From assembly GCA_022848805.1 (NCBI GenBank), contig JAJISI010000002.1, positions 1-51,533 of the forward strand: DNA of 51,533 nt. The letters are read 5' to 3'. How positions within the stretch are numbered: position 1 is the first letter of the stretch; every line of letters begins with the position of its first letter. Shown in pieces: positions 19,718 to 29,124 of the stretch. The notes under the pieces are model-generated. The model was not told the DNA's origin. It did no database searches and saw nothing but the letters and a program-made list of their open reading frames with translations. Origin of the DNA: Thermoplasmatota archaeon (lineage in GTDB: Archaea > Thermoplasmatota > Thermoplasmata > UBA10834). The position numbers and the translations under genes are program-made.

Positions 19718-20481
19718 TGCCGTTATCGAAGAGGATCATACCTTGCCTGGACGTCCGCGACGGAGTCGTCGTCAAGGGCATCTGCTTCAAGGGACTGGCG
19801 GAGGTCGGCGACCCGCCGACGCTGGCAGTGAAGTATCAGGAGCAGGGTGCGGACGAGATCGTGTTCCTCGACGTGAAAGCCTCGTTGGCAGGCGTCGAGA
19901 CAATGCGTGCCGCAGTACAGAAGACGGCCGAGCAGCTCTTCGTACCTCTTACGGTAGGTGGAGGGATCAGGACATTCGAAGACGTCAGGCAAATGCTACG
20001 CGTAGGAGCAGACAAGATCTCAATCAATACCGCAGCCGTTGCGGACCCATCTCTGGTTTCCAGATGTGCGGGGGCATTCGGCAGCCAGTGCGTCGTCGTC
20101 GCCGTCGATGCAAAGCGAACTGGCGACAGCTGGGAAGTTTATACTCACTCTGGAACGAGGCCCTCTGGGCGTGACGCCGTCGATTGGACGAGGGAGGTCT
20201 GTGAGTTGGGTGCTGGAGAGATACTGCTGACTAGCATGGACTCCGACGGCATGAAGAACGGGTACGACCTCGAGCTCACCCGGAGGATAGTGCGCGAGGT
20301 GAGCGTGCCAGTTATCGCCTCGGGAGGATGCGGCAACATCGAGCACGTGACCGAGGTCCTTTCGGCCGGCGAGGCGGACGCTGCGCTCGCGGCTTCGATA
20401 TTCCACTACGGACAGCACACGGTACGCGAAGTGAAGGAAGCGCTCGTTGAGAGGGGAATCCCTGTCAGGAGATGCAGCTGA
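19717..20481 (+). CDS. hisF: Imidazole glycerol phosphate synthase cyclase subunit
   Basis: TGATG overlap with hisB. Motifs KRIIPCLDV, GADEIVFLD, VGGGIR, GAGEILLTSMD.DG and ASIFH. Confidence 0.96.
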   Translation: MPLSKRIIPCLDVRDGVVVKGICFKGLAEVGDPPTLAVKYQEQGADEIVFLDVKASLAGVETMRAAVQKTAEQLFVPLTVGGGIRTFEDVRQMLRVGADKISINTAAVADPSLVSRCAGAFGSQCVVVAVDAKRTGDSWEVYTHSGTRPSGRDAVDWTREVCELGAGEILLTSMDSDGMKNGYDLELTRRIVREVSVPVIASGGCGNIEHVTEVLSAGEADAALAASIFHYGQHTVREVKEALVERGIPVRRCS

Positions 20482-21056
20482 TGGCTGAGAGCACTCTCAT
20501 CCCGGTCGTAGTTCAGGACGTCAGGAACAACAATGTCTTGATGGTGGCCTTCACGAATGACGAGGCGCTCGAACTCACGAAGAAGACTGGATACATGCAC
20601 TTCTGGAGTCGGTCTAGACAGAGCATATGGAAGAAAGGCGAGACATCAGGCAACGTTCAGAGAGTCGTGGAACTGTTGACCGACTGCGACGAAGACGCAA
20701 TCCTTGCACGCGTGGAACAGACCGGCGTGGCATGCCACACAGGGACATACTCTTGCTTCTTCGACAAACCAATGGGACAGAACGACGTCGTGTCGGAGCT
20801 GTGGAGGGTGTTCGATGAGAGGAAGCAGAGTCATTGTGAGTCCTCCTACACTTGCCGGCTTCTGAGCAATCGGAACTTGCTCCTGAAGAAGATCGCAGAG
20901 GAGAGTTCCGAAGTGTTACTGGCTGCAAAGGACAGGAACAGAGGGGAGGTCGTCTATGAGGCTGCCGATCTGATGTATCATCTGCTCGTGCTTCTGTACG
21001 ACGAAGGCATTACGCTGGCCGATGTCTACAAGGAACTGGAGGGAAGAAGGAAATGA
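20481..21056 (+). CDS. hisIE: Bifunctional phosphoribosyl-AMP cyclohydrolase / phosphoribosyl-ATP pyrophosphatase
   Basis: HisI motifs WSRSR..IWKKGETSGN, DCDED and ACHTG.YSCF are fused to HisE motifs KKIAEE..E and EAADL.YHLLV. Confidence 0.94.
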   Translation: MAESTLIPVVVQDVRNNNVLMVAFTNDEALELTKKTGYMHFWSRSRQSIWKKGETSGNVQRVVELLTDCDEDAILARVEQTGVACHTGTYSCFFDKPMGQNDVVSELWRVFDERKQSHCESSYTCRLLSNRNLLLKKIAEESSEVLLAAKDRNRGEVVYEAADLMYHLLVLLYDEGITLADVYKELEGRRK

Positions 21057-21721
21057 GGGCGAAACGTTGCGACTTTCATACGCACACGATATTCAGCGAC
21101 GGCGAACTGATCCCCATGGAGCTCATTCGAAGGGCCGCTGTGGCGGACCACAGAGCGGTTGCGATAACCGACCACGCGTCGTTCTCAAGCATAGATTGGG
21201 TCATCGGGCAGGTGGCAAAGGACTGTGCTAAGGCAGACGCATGGGGGATAGACGCGATCCCTGGCGTAGAGATCACCCACGTGCCGGTCAAGTATCTTGA
21301 CGAATCCATCCGTCTCGCCAAGAAGGCTGGAGCGGAGATCGTTGTCGTGCACGGGGAGACTCCGGTCGAACCCGTTGAGAGCGGGACCAACCACGCTGCA
21401 GTATCGAACCCTGATGTCGACATCCTGGCACACCCTGGAATGATGTCAGAGGATGACGCGCACCTCGCCGCGAAGAACGAAGTGTTTCTGGAGATCTCAT
21501 GTCGGAGGGGTCACTCCCTGTCGAATGGGCATGTCGCGTCGATGGCCTTGAACGCCGGGGCGAGATTGCTCGTCAACACAGACATGCACTCCCCCGAGGA
21601 CCTGAGCTCAATGGCCACCGCAACCGCTGTCGCCAGAGGGGCGGGCCTCGACCCAGACCGAACCAGGGAAGCGCTTGTCACCAACTCCGAGACATTGCTT
21701 CGCAAGCTGGGAAGGCTCTAG
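21053..21721 (+). CDS. PHP-family phosphoesterase, probable histidinol-phosphate phosphatase
   Basis: Motifs DFHTHT..SDG, AITDH, GVEITHVP, VVHGET.VEPV, ILAHPG and NTDMH. ATGA overlap with the hisIE stop. Confidence 0.8.
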   Translation: MRAKRCDFHTHTIFSDGELIPMELIRRAAVADHRAVAITDHASFSSIDWVIGQVAKDCAKADAWGIDAIPGVEITHVPVKYLDESIRLAKKAGAEIVVVHGETPVEPVESGTNHAAVSNPDVDILAHPGMMSEDDAHLAAKNEVFLEISCRRGHSLSNGHVASMALNAGARLLVNTDMHSPEDLSSMATATAVARGAGLDPDRTREALVTNSETLLRKLGRL

Positions 21722-21788
21722 CCTGCGTCTTATTAACTTTCGGTGGTTGCCTTAATAATGCTGAAATACTGACATCACCATAGTGGCG

Positions 21789-22190
21789 ATGAAGAAAATG
21801 ATAGTCAGTCTTTCGGTTCCCGAGGCGCTGCTGGATCAGTTCGACGAGGTACGTCGCTCGAAGGGGTTCCGGTCGCGCTCCGACGCAGTGAGAGAGGCCA
21901 TGCGCGCGTTTCTGGATGAGGCCGATTGGGAGAGTTCCGACGGCGAGAACCAGCTGGTCGTGACTACCATCTACGACGAGCACGGCCCTCGCGGCGAGCT
22001 CTCAGCCCTGCAGCACAGACACGAGGAGATACAGATGATGCTCCACCTGCATCTGGAGAAGGGACAGTGCATGGAGTTGTTCATCGCTAGAGGATCTAAC
22101 GCCGTGCTACGCGAGATCCTCGGCAAGTTGCGGCGGATCAAAGGTGTGAGGTCAATCAGATTCATCTCGACCGCGAGCGGCATCCGTTAA
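21789..22190 (+). CDS. nikR: NikR-type ribbon-helix-helix nickel-responsive regulator
   Basis: RHH N-terminus ([14 protein letters not shown]...[13 protein letters not shown]) and Ni-site pattern LQH...LHLHL...C.E. Confidence 0.85.
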   Translation: MKKMIVSLSVPEALLDQFDEVRRSKGFRSRSDAVREAMRAFLDEADWESSDGENQLVVTTIYDEHGPRGELSALQHRHEEIQMMLHLHLEKGQCMELFIARGSNAVLREILGKLRRIKGVRSIRFISTASGIR

Positions 22191-22290
22191 TCGCTCAACC
22201 CTTGAAGTCTCCTGGGGTGAGTCCTGTGAGGGGATTCCGTGTAGTTCGGCGGAAACGTTAATATCTCAACCATGGGTACGCCGCACGGAG

Positions 22291-22959
22291 ATGGTTGGCA
22301 TGAGTTGTGATCAAGATTCGACCAGAGGCATACCTCTGCTTGGCGAGAAGTTTCCCGAGATGGAAGTCCAGACGACGCATGGCAAGATGCTGCTGCCCGA
22401 AGCTTTTGCTGGGAAGTGGTTCGTGCTATTCAGCCACCCAGGAGACTTCACACCTGTGTGCACCACGGAGTTCGTGGCGTTCGCAAAGATGCACGAAGAG
22501 TTCAGGAAGGAGAATTGCGAGCTCATAGGGTTGTCAGTAGACCAGGTCTTCTCCCACATCAAGTGGGTCGAGTGGATCAAGGAGAAGCTCGAAGTGGAGG
22601 TGACCTTCCCCGTTATAGCCGACGGCTCAGCAAACGTCGCGAAGACGCTAGGAATGATTCATCCAGGCAAGGGTACAAACACGGTGAGGGCGGTGTTCTT
22701 TGTGGACCCTGAGGGCAAGATCAGGCTTATGATGTACTACCCGCAGGAGATCGGCAGGAACATGCACGAAGTACTCAGAGCCATCAGGGCGCTGAAGATG
22801 TCCGACGAGAACAAGGTCGCCATGCCTGCAAACTGGCCGAAGAACGACTTCCTGGGCGACAAAGTGATAATTCCTCCTGCAACTGACGAGAAGACCGCGA
22901 AGGAACGGCTGTCGAAGTATGACTGCTACGACTGGTGGTTTTGCACGAAGGAGCTGTGA
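22291..22959 (+). CDS. Peroxiredoxin (Prx6/archaeal type)
   Basis: [15 protein letters not shown] peroxidatic motif, YYPQEIGRN, and C-terminal CYDWWFC. Confidence 0.93.
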   Translation: MVGMSCDQDSTRGIPLLGEKFPEMEVQTTHGKMLLPEAFAGKWFVLFSHPGDFTPVCTTEFVAFAKMHEEFRKENCELIGLSVDQVFSHIKWVEWIKEKLEVEVTFPVIADGSANVAKTLGMIHPGKGTNTVRAVFFVDPEGKIRLMMYYPQEIGRNMHEVLRAIRALKMSDENKVAMPANWPKNDFLGDKVIIPPATDEKTAKERLSKYDCYDWWFCTKEL

Positions 22960-23026
22960 CTCGCCGATCTTCCGAGCCGCTTGAGTCCTCCCGCTCCGGG
23001 TGGGGCGTAGCGAAAAAGGTTGGCTA

Positions 23027-23131
23027 TGGTGCTCCCGCCGGGATTTGAACCCGGGTGCCGAGCTTTCTCCGGGCGAGTCAGAACCCGCCCGCGAGAGGCT
23101 CGAATGATTGGCCGGACTACACTACGGGAGC
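23027..23131 (-). tRNA. tRNA-Glu(CTC) with a 27-nt intron at 37/38 (23065-23091); CCA encoded
   Basis: Minus strand reads GCTCCCG...CGAGC-CT-CTC-G[intron]A-GCTCG...CCGGG-TTCAAAT-CCCGG-CGGGAGC-A-CCA. The intron forms a BHB: CTCT pairs with GGAG, plus hairpin GGGCGGGT-TCTG-ACTCGCCC. Confidence 0.95.
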
Positions 23132-23230
23132 CTGGATGAAGCATCCAAACCGGGAGGCTTTACATAAACGTTTGGGGTCACCGCACTCTTTGGAGAACGA
23201 ACCCGTGTTGGAGTCGCTGAAACGCTGCAT

Positions 23231-24049
23231 TCACAGATCCTCGTCGCCTTCTCTCCAATCTAGACCCGGAGTCCTGAGTCCAATCTTCACCACTGCTGGA
23301 ACCTTCCGTTTGTGTGACGACGATCTGACCATCCTGGCGACCATGTCTATCTTATCCTTGGAGACGCCTGTGCGCTCTACTGCAGCATCGCTGTCGAGCG
23401 CGAGTTCTATCGTGAGGAGGACTGAGTCGAGGTTTTCGTAGCTCATGCCTATCTCCTTCTCGTCCGCCTGTCCTGGCCATAAGCCTGCGGAAGGCGCTCT
23501 GTCGATGATTTTCTCAGGAATTTCGAGGACTTCCGCTAATTGGCGTACCTCCGTCTTGTACAGGTCTCCTATAGGCTCTAGGTCCGCTCCACCGTCTCCA
23601 TGCTTCGTGAAGTATCCAATCAGCATCTCGCTCTTGTTGCTCGTTCCGAGAACGAGCCTCTCGTCCTTGCCGGCGAAATGATAGAGGAGAATCATCCTGC
23701 AGCGCGCCTTGATGTTCGCCAACCCCCTCCGGTCGATCTTAGCGCCAACTGCACGTGAGAATGACTCGACAGCATCTGAGATGTCTATGATTCTGTGCTG
23801 GACTCCCTCAAGCTCACACAACATCTTAGCATCCTCAAGATCATCTCTGGGGGAATCCTTCTCTGGCATGATCAGACCGAGCACCTTCTCCTTGCCAACA
23901 GCTCCGACTGCCAATCTGAGGACGACGGCGGAATCGATCCCTCCGCTTACGCCTAGAACATATCCCTTCGCCCCGGTCTTCCTGAGTTTCTCAGCAATGA
24001 AATGCTCGATGACGCTCTCAGTACCGTTCTTGAGGGTGGGTGCCGTCAT
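23231..24049 (-). CDS. nadE: NAD+ synthetase (synthetase domain only)
   Basis: Motifs LGVSGGIDSAV, NIKARCRM, GTSNKSE, GYFTKHGDG, DLYKTEV and PSAGLW.GQ.DE. Confidence 0.96.
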   Translation of the reverse strand: MTAPTLKNGTESVIEHFIAEKLRKTGAKGYVLGVSGGIDSAVVLRLAVGAVGKEKVLGLIMPEKDSPRDDLEDAKMLCELEGVQHRIIDISDAVESFSRAVGAKIDRRGLANIKARCRMILLYHFAGKDERLVLGTSNKSEMLIGYFTKHGDGGADLEPIGDLYKTEVRQLAEVLEIPEKIIDRAPSAGLWPGQADEKEIGMSYENLDSVLLTIELALDSDAAVERTGVSKDKIDMVARMVRSSSHKRKVPAVVKIGLRTPGLDWREGDEDL

Positions 24050-24148
24050 CGGCGTTGTGATGGTTTGGTTCGGATATAGCCGTTATGGTCAGCTGAGAGA
24101 ATGATTCCATCCGAATCATAATCTACCGGCGATGCGGTTCTTCATAGG

Positions 24149-24988
24149 ATGACCAAAGTCGGGGTCGTGCTGGCTCAGGTCAATTGTCCGTTGCATGACA
24201 AAGGCGCCAATCTGAGGAGGATGACCCAGGTAGTTAAACGGGCCAAGGGGGATATTGTCATCTTCCCTGAGTTGAACGTGACGGGCTACATGCCCAGGGA
24301 CGATCTGTTCAAGGTCGCCGAGCCTGCGGATGGGCCGACGGTCAAGACGGTCATGAAGTTGGCGAAGGACTCTCAGAAGGACATCATCTTCGGAATGCCG
24401 ATCCAGGACGAGAGAGACCACGGACATCTCTTCAACTCCGCACTTGTTGCGACAGGGCATGGCCGCCTGTTCAGATATGATAAGATGTACCTGCCGAATT
24501 TCGGTCCGTTTGAGGAGAGGATGTTCTTCACCGGTGGAAGGGGTGCTGTTGTGGCTGAGGGAATGCATGCCAGGATCGGGCTCACCGTGTGCTATGATAT
24601 CTTCTTCCCAGAATTGGTCAAGCTCGAGTCTCTGATGGGTGCGCAGCTGCTAGTGAACCTGTCTGCCTCTCCGACTACATCGCGGCCGAGCTTCGAAAAG
24701 GTACTCCCGGCGCGCGCGGTGGAGAACGGTTTGTTCGTCGCCTTCACTAACATGGTGGGCGTGCACGGCAGTCTGGTGTTCAGCGGTGGAAGCCTGATGT
24801 ACGACCCTCGCGGAGAGCTTCTGGCGAAGGCCGCCGACCTGAAGGAGGATGTGGTGGAGGCAGAGATGGACCTGCATGAAATCGCTCTCACCCGCAGGTT
24901 CAGACCTCTGGCAAGGGATCTTCGCCCCGAGGTACTTGACGAGATCCGCTCACTGCTCCGGGTTCGGTCTGGCGCCGACGCCCTCTAG
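24149..24988 (+). CDS. Carbon-nitrogen hydrolase (nitrilase superfamily); candidate NadE glutaminase subunit
   Basis: Catalytic triad motifs IFPEL..TGY, YDKMYLPNFGPFEE and VCYDIFFPE. Divergent from nadE. Confidence 0.88.
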   Translation: MTKVGVVLAQVNCPLHDKGANLRRMTQVVKRAKGDIVIFPELNVTGYMPRDDLFKVAEPADGPTVKTVMKLAKDSQKDIIFGMPIQDERDHGHLFNSALVATGHGRLFRYDKMYLPNFGPFEERMFFTGGRGAVVAEGMHARIGLTVCYDIFFPELVKLESLMGAQLLVNLSASPTTSRPSFEKVLPARAVENGLFVAFTNMVGVHGSLVFSGGSLMYDPRGELLAKAADLKEDVVEAEMDLHEIALTRRFRPLARDLRPEVLDEIRSLLRVRSGADAL

Positions 24989-25087
24989 CAGAGGGCGGGG
25001 ATTCACGAGACTCAGTCCTCTCGTTCCAGCGTTTCGTGCGTGGGTTCGGATATTCTTAAATATGAACATCATTTTGGAGGTATCCAA

Positions 25088-25193
25088 GCTGAGGTAGCCC
25101 AGCCCGGTAAGGCGCGAGCCTGGAGTCTTGATGATTCAAGTCAGTCAGCTCGTGGCGCTTTGCGCCTCGGGAGTTCGAATCTCCCCCTCAGCG
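25088..25193 (+). tRNA. tRNA-Ser(GGA) with a 21-nt intron at 37/38 (25126-25146)
   Basis: GCTGAGG...CGAGC-CT-GGA-G[intron]A-GCTCG, long variable arm GGCGC-TTT-GCGCC, GGGAG-TTCGAAT-CTCCC, CCTCAGC-G. BHB: CTGG pairs with TCAG, plus hairpin CTTGA-TGAT-TCAAG. A TATA-like CTTAAATA lies upstream. Confidence 0.95.
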
Positions 25194-25255
25194 CCTTGTC
25201 ATATCCTGCGGTCGCCGCGCTCACCATCATGTTCACGATGGAGAAAGTGGGCCGG

Positions 25256-25861
25256 TCAGCGCTGTGAGATGAGGTCCACGACTTCAGCGAGGTCCTCTTG
25301 CGTGTTGACATTGATGAAGCTCTCGAGATGGGGGTCGAGCCGTCTGAGGTCTTCCTCGTCCACTGTTGCCAAATCGAGCAGATGGTATGCGTCTTTCGGT
25401 CTTCTCCGCCCAGAGGCGACGGCCTGCTCGAAAGCACCCAAGCAGATTTTTCGGCGATAGCAGGCGTGGAGTGGTTCCAGATATCCACGAATGCAGGGCA
25501 CCGCTCCATCCTTCCCTTCTCCGTTATCCACAACGGCTCTGCACACACCTGGCCTAAGGAGAGGGGTGTCACACGGGCTGACGACTACATAATCGCCTCC
25601 CGCCGCCCTCATCGCGGTTGTCAACCCATGGAGCGGCCCGATCCCTTCTCTCTCGTCTTCGACTATTATAGTGTCATTTGAGAGGAATCTCGCATATTCC
25701 TCAGCTCGTCCGTCCGCTACGGCCACAACGACTTCGTCTGCCAATATCCGCATCGTCGCCACTACTCTGCTGACCATGGGCTCATCGTTGAGCATGACAA
25801 GCCCTTTCTCCTGGCCGAAACGTGTGCCTGTTCCGCCGGAGAGCACAATCCCCGTCAGCAT
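25256..25861 (-). CDS. mobA: Molybdenum cofactor guanylyltransferase
   Basis: Motifs GIVLSGG.GTRFGQEKG, GPLHGL, PCDTPLL, EPLHACY and FINVNT.EDL. Start placed at MLTGIV. Confidence 0.9.
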   Translation of the reverse strand: MLTGIVLSGGTGTRFGQEKGLVMLNDEPMVSRVVATMRILADEVVVAVADGRAEEYARFLSNDTIIVEDEREGIGPLHGLTTAMRAAGGDYVVVSPCDTPLLRPGVCRAVVDNGEGKDGAVPCIRGYLEPLHACYRRKICLGAFEQAVASGRRRPKDAYHLLDLATVDEEDLRRLDPHLESFINVNTQEDLAEVVDLISQR

Positions 25862-25982
25862 GTCCACGGGATATCTGGTCGCTCCACATGAACTTTGTCT
25901 GGAGAAGAGGCTGGTTAGTACCTCGGTTTGGCCAAAAAGGTTATAATAGCCAACCATTTTCGAGCACTTGCGGGAGAGCGAG

Positions 25983-27029
25983 ATGTCGAAGATAACCATG
26001 GCTCAGGGAGCTGGCGGGGAAAGGATGCAGGAGTTCATCCGCGAGTTCGTGCTCAAGGAGTTGGAGCACGATTTCGGAGACATACCGCTGGGAGCCTTGG
26101 ATGACGCCGCAGTTGTCGATGGCATCGTGTTCACCACTGATTCTTACACCGTCAAACCGTTGTTCTTCCCTGGAGGCGACATCGGCACGCTGGCCGTGGC
26201 TGGTACTGTCAACGACGTCTCCGTCATGGGTGCGGCGCCCATCGCCCTGTCGTGCGGAATGATACTCGAGGAGGGATTCTCCGAGAGCGACCTTCACCGT
26301 ATCATGAGTAGCCTGAACAGAACCTCGAGATCGGCAGGTGTGAGGATAGTCACGGGCGATACCAAGGTGGTTGAGATAGGCGCGGTCGATGAATTGTTCA
26401 TAAACACGAGCGGGATAGGGCGACGTTCTACCCATCTCGACGCGAATCTGGAGCGTGTCCGCGCGGCGCGGGAATTCTTATGGAATTGGCCGAACGACTC
26501 GGGAGTCGCTGATGGTGACGTTCTCATCGTCTCGGGATCGATAGGCAACCACGGGGTCGCACTGCTGTCATTCCGTGAGGGATACGGGTTTGAAACCGAG
26601 GTCCGTACCGACGCGGCTCCCCTGAACCATCTGACCGAGTCAGCGGTGAAGGTCGGAGGCGTAGTCGCGATGAAGGACCCCACGAGGGGTGGCCTGTCAA
26701 ATCTCCTGAACGAATGGGCCGAGAAGTCCAAGGTGGGTCTAGTCGTGCGAGAAGAAGATATTCCTATCGACGGCCCCGTCATGGCTGCGTGCGAGATGCT
26801 GGGCATCGACCCTCTCGAGGTTGGAAACGAGGGCAAGGTCGTCCTGGCGGTGGTGCCCGATGCGGCTGAGGAAGTCCTGAAGGCGATCAGGAAGACTCCG
26901 GAGGGGTCGAACGCGCGAATCGTTGGCAGAGCCTCGAAGGACGTCGAGGGCGTATTGCTAGAGACGCAGACCGGGGGGAAGCGTTTGGTCGAGCCTCCCG
27001 TGGGAGACCCCGTCCCGAGAATATGCTAG
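25983..27029 (+). CDS. hypE: Hydrogenase maturation protein HypE
   Basis: Motifs FTTDSYTVKPLFFPGGDIG.LAV.GTVND, TGDTKVV, KDPTRGG and NEGK, with C-terminal PRIC. Confidence 0.97.
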   Translation: MSKITMAQGAGGERMQEFIREFVLKELEHDFGDIPLGALDDAAVVDGIVFTTDSYTVKPLFFPGGDIGTLAVAGTVNDVSVMGAAPIALSCGMILEEGFSESDLHRIMSSLNRTSRSAGVRIVTGDTKVVEIGAVDELFINTSGIGRRSTHLDANLERVRAAREFLWNWPNDSGVADGDVLIVSGSIGNHGVALLSFREGYGFETEVRTDAAPLNHLTESAVKVGGVVAMKDPTRGGLSNLLNEWAEKSKVGLVVREEDIPIDGPVMAACEMLGIDPLEVGNEGKVVLAVVPDAAEEVLKAIRKTPEGSNARIVGRASKDVEGVLLETQTGGKRLVEPPVGDPVPRIC

Positions 27030-27043
27030 CGGTCTATGCCGAT

Positions 27044-27532
27044 CTAATCATCTGAGACGAACTCTGATACGATCCTGGTCACTATGGACGGGATGGCGGC
27101 TGCGACCGGAGGGGTCATGCTCTCGCTGACGTTCACGATGTCCTCGGCCTCGATGGCGACGAAGAAGACCTCCTTCGGCATCTTCTCCGGGACGATCTTC
27201 CTTCCCATGGCAAGCGCGGTCGCGATGTTGATGCCGTGAGGCGTCGACCCGTGCACGGTCCTCTCGAACGCACTCTCTTCGAGCACATGGAACTCTCCTG
27301 GTCTCCCCTCGTCCGTCACGATGGCGTCCACGATGACCACTCTGTCGTAGCCCAGAACCATGTCCAACAGCTCCAGACCGCTCGCAGGCAGCTCCTCCAC
27401 ATCCACACTTTCGAGCCCGAGATCCCTGAGCTTCCTCGCTACGTGTATGCCTACACCATCGTCGGAGAGTATTGGGTTGCCGATACCCACAATTAATGTC
27501 CGGGGGCGGTGCAGTTCATCGGAGACGCTCAT
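27044..27532 (-). CDS. [NiFe]-hydrogenase maturation protease
   Basis: Motifs VGIGNPILSDDGVG, VVIVDA and STPHG; lies directly downstream of mvhA. Confidence 0.92.
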   Translation of the reverse strand: MSVSDELHRPRTLIVGIGNPILSDDGVGIHVARKLRDLGLESVDVEELPASGLELLDMVLGYDRVVIVDAIVTDEGRPGEFHVLEESAFERTVHGSTPHGINIATALAMGRKIVPEKMPKEVFFVAIEAEDIVNVSESMTPPVAAAIPSIVTRIVSEFVSDD

Positions 27533-27560
27533 GGAGATACCTCATCGCCTAGTATGATGG

Positions 27561-27598
27561 AAAAACATGTCGTCGAGGGGGCTACCCCTCGTGTGACA
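27561..27598 (-). terminator. Hairpin plus T-tract after mvhA
   Basis: CGAGGGG-GCTA-CCCCTCG stem (27574-27591) followed on the minus strand by TTTTT. Confidence 0.5.
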
Positions 27599-27603
27599 AC
27601 ACA

Positions 27604-29118
27604 TCAGAAGTTTCTCACGGTCTTCAGCTTCGACCCGTCGGCGCGTCTCACGTTTATCTCAAGGGCCGGAGAGCCGTTCAGAGCGTGTGTTCCGCAGGAG
27701 TTGCATGGGTCATAGCATCGGAAAGCCATCTCGACCTTGTTCAGCAGTCCTTGGGAGACCTCGCCGTTCTGGATCAACGCCTTCGCCGCCTGCACGACAC
27801 TCGTGTTGATCGCAGCGTTGTTGTTCGTCGTCGCGACGATCATGTTGATCTTCGTGCATAGCCCGTCCTTGTCCGAGGCGTAGTGGTGTATCAGCGTACC
27901 TCTGGGAGCTTCGCATATGCCCACGCCTTCCGTCGGCTCCTTGAACTCGCCCCGTGTGTCATCGCTCGTGATGACGTCGTCAGTGGCCAGCTCGAGCATC
28001 CTCTCCGCAGCGTGCTGCAACTCGATCACCCTAGCCCAATGGAACGCGAGCGTGTGGTGGACGGGGCCTGTCACTCCCAGGTCCTTCACTGTCTTGGCCA
28101 GTACCTCGTACTCCGCCTGTGCGAGGGGAGTCGTGTAGCCCTCGCAGACGTTTATCCTGCCTAGGGGTCCGACCCTGTATATCCCGCTCGACGGGCCTGT
28201 GGTGAAGCCGTTCCAGCCAACGCTCTTCAGATATGGCATCTTCATGTATGACCACGGTTCGACGTGCTCGGCGATGATGTCGAGATACTCGCTCGGCTTG
28301 AACTTGACGACCTCCTTGCCAGCCTGGTCGACGACACGTACGTCCCCGTCGTAGAAGTTGCTCTTGTTGTCCTTGTCGACCATTCCCATGTAGTATGTCT
28401 CGAGGTAGTACGCGTCCTGGTTCAGTATGAGGCCGAGGTAGTCCTGGTTTGCCAGCACGACATCGTGGAACAGCTTGATCGTGAACTTGCCGAACTCGAT
28501 GCACGACCTTGCCATCTCCTCCATCTGAGCGCGCTCCTCCTCACTTATCTGCTTCGAGACGCCGCCTGGCAGGCCGAAGCACGGATGCGTGGCCCTCCCT
28601 CCGACGATCTCCTGCACCTTCTGACCGTACGAGCGGTGCTTGATGACCTCTCCGCCGATCTCGACGCCGACGGCATCCACCACTCCCAAGATATTCCTCT
28701 TGTTGGACGGCGCAGACGGTCCCAGCACGAAGTCGGGCGCTGCAAGCGCGTAGAAGTGTGCTATGTGGCTGTGGACGTACTGACCCATGTAGAATAAATC
28801 TCTCAGTTTTGTCGCCGTCTCTGTCGGGGTGGCGTCGAACACCGCGTCAAGCGTCTTCGTAGACGCTATGTGATGCGCGGCCGGGCAGACGCCACACAGC
28901 CTGTTGGTGATTATGGGCAGCTCCTGCACATGTCTGCCGATGCAGAACCTCTCGAAGCCTCTGAGCTCAGGGACCTGCCAGTAGGCATTGGCCACGTTCC
29001 CCTCGTCGTTCAGGAAGATCTCGATCTTGCCGTGTCCCTCGAGCCTTGTGATCGGGTCGATCGTGAGCTTCTTCTCGGTCGTCTTGGTCGTCGTATCGTT
29101 GATTATCGGTCCGGACAT
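27604..29118 (-). CDS. mvhA: Group 3c [NiFe]-hydrogenase large subunit
   Basis: DPITRLEGHGKI, L1 motif RLCGVCP..H, EAPRGTL.HHY, L2 motif RCYDPCNSCGTH and a cleavable C-terminal tail. All-Cys ligands; mvhDG/hdrA context. Confidence 0.95.
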   Translation of the reverse strand: MSGPIINDTTTKTTEKKLTIDPITRLEGHGKIEIFLNDEGNVANAYWQVPELRGFERFCIGRHVQELPIITNRLCGVCPAAHHIASTKTLDAVFDATPTETATKLRDLFYMGQYVHSHIAHFYALAAPDFVLGPSAPSNKRNILGVVDAVGVEIGGEVIKHRSYGQKVQEIVGGRATHPCFGLPGGVSKQISEEERAQMEEMARSCIEFGKFTIKLFHDVVLANQDYLGLILNQDAYYLETYYMGMVDKDNKSNFYDGDVRVVDQAGKEVVKFKPSEYLDIIAEHVEPWSYMKMPYLKSVGWNGFTTGPSSGIYRVGPLGRINVCEGYTTPLAQAEYEVLAKTVKDLGVTGPVHHTLAFHWARVIELQHAAERMLELATDDVITSDDTRGEFKEPTEGVGICEAPRGTLIHHYASDKDGLCTKINMIVATTNNNAAINTSVVQAAKALIQNGEVSQGLLNKVEMAFRCYDPCNSCGTHALNGSPALEINVRRADGSKLKTVRNF

Positions 29119-29124
29119 CTTGAA

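Noticed and set aside
25126..25146. C-box-like TGATGA in the tRNA-Ser intron (and CTGA in the tRNA-Glu intron) as a C/D guide RNA
   Set aside because: The introns are only 21 and 27 nt, too short for a C/D guide, and each has just one box-like word.
23027..25193. tRNA-flanked segment as an integrated element
   Set aside because: It contains only nadE and a nitrilase-family gene. No integrase and no duplicated tRNA 3' end were seen.
25862..25999. Extended N-terminus of MobA (247 aa in the track)
   Set aside because: It overlaps the hypE start and the divergent promoter region. MobA homology begins at MLTGIVLSGG.
27552..27580. GTATGA as a NikR operator half-site before the maturation protease
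   Set aside because: No matching TCATAC half-site at the expected spacing.
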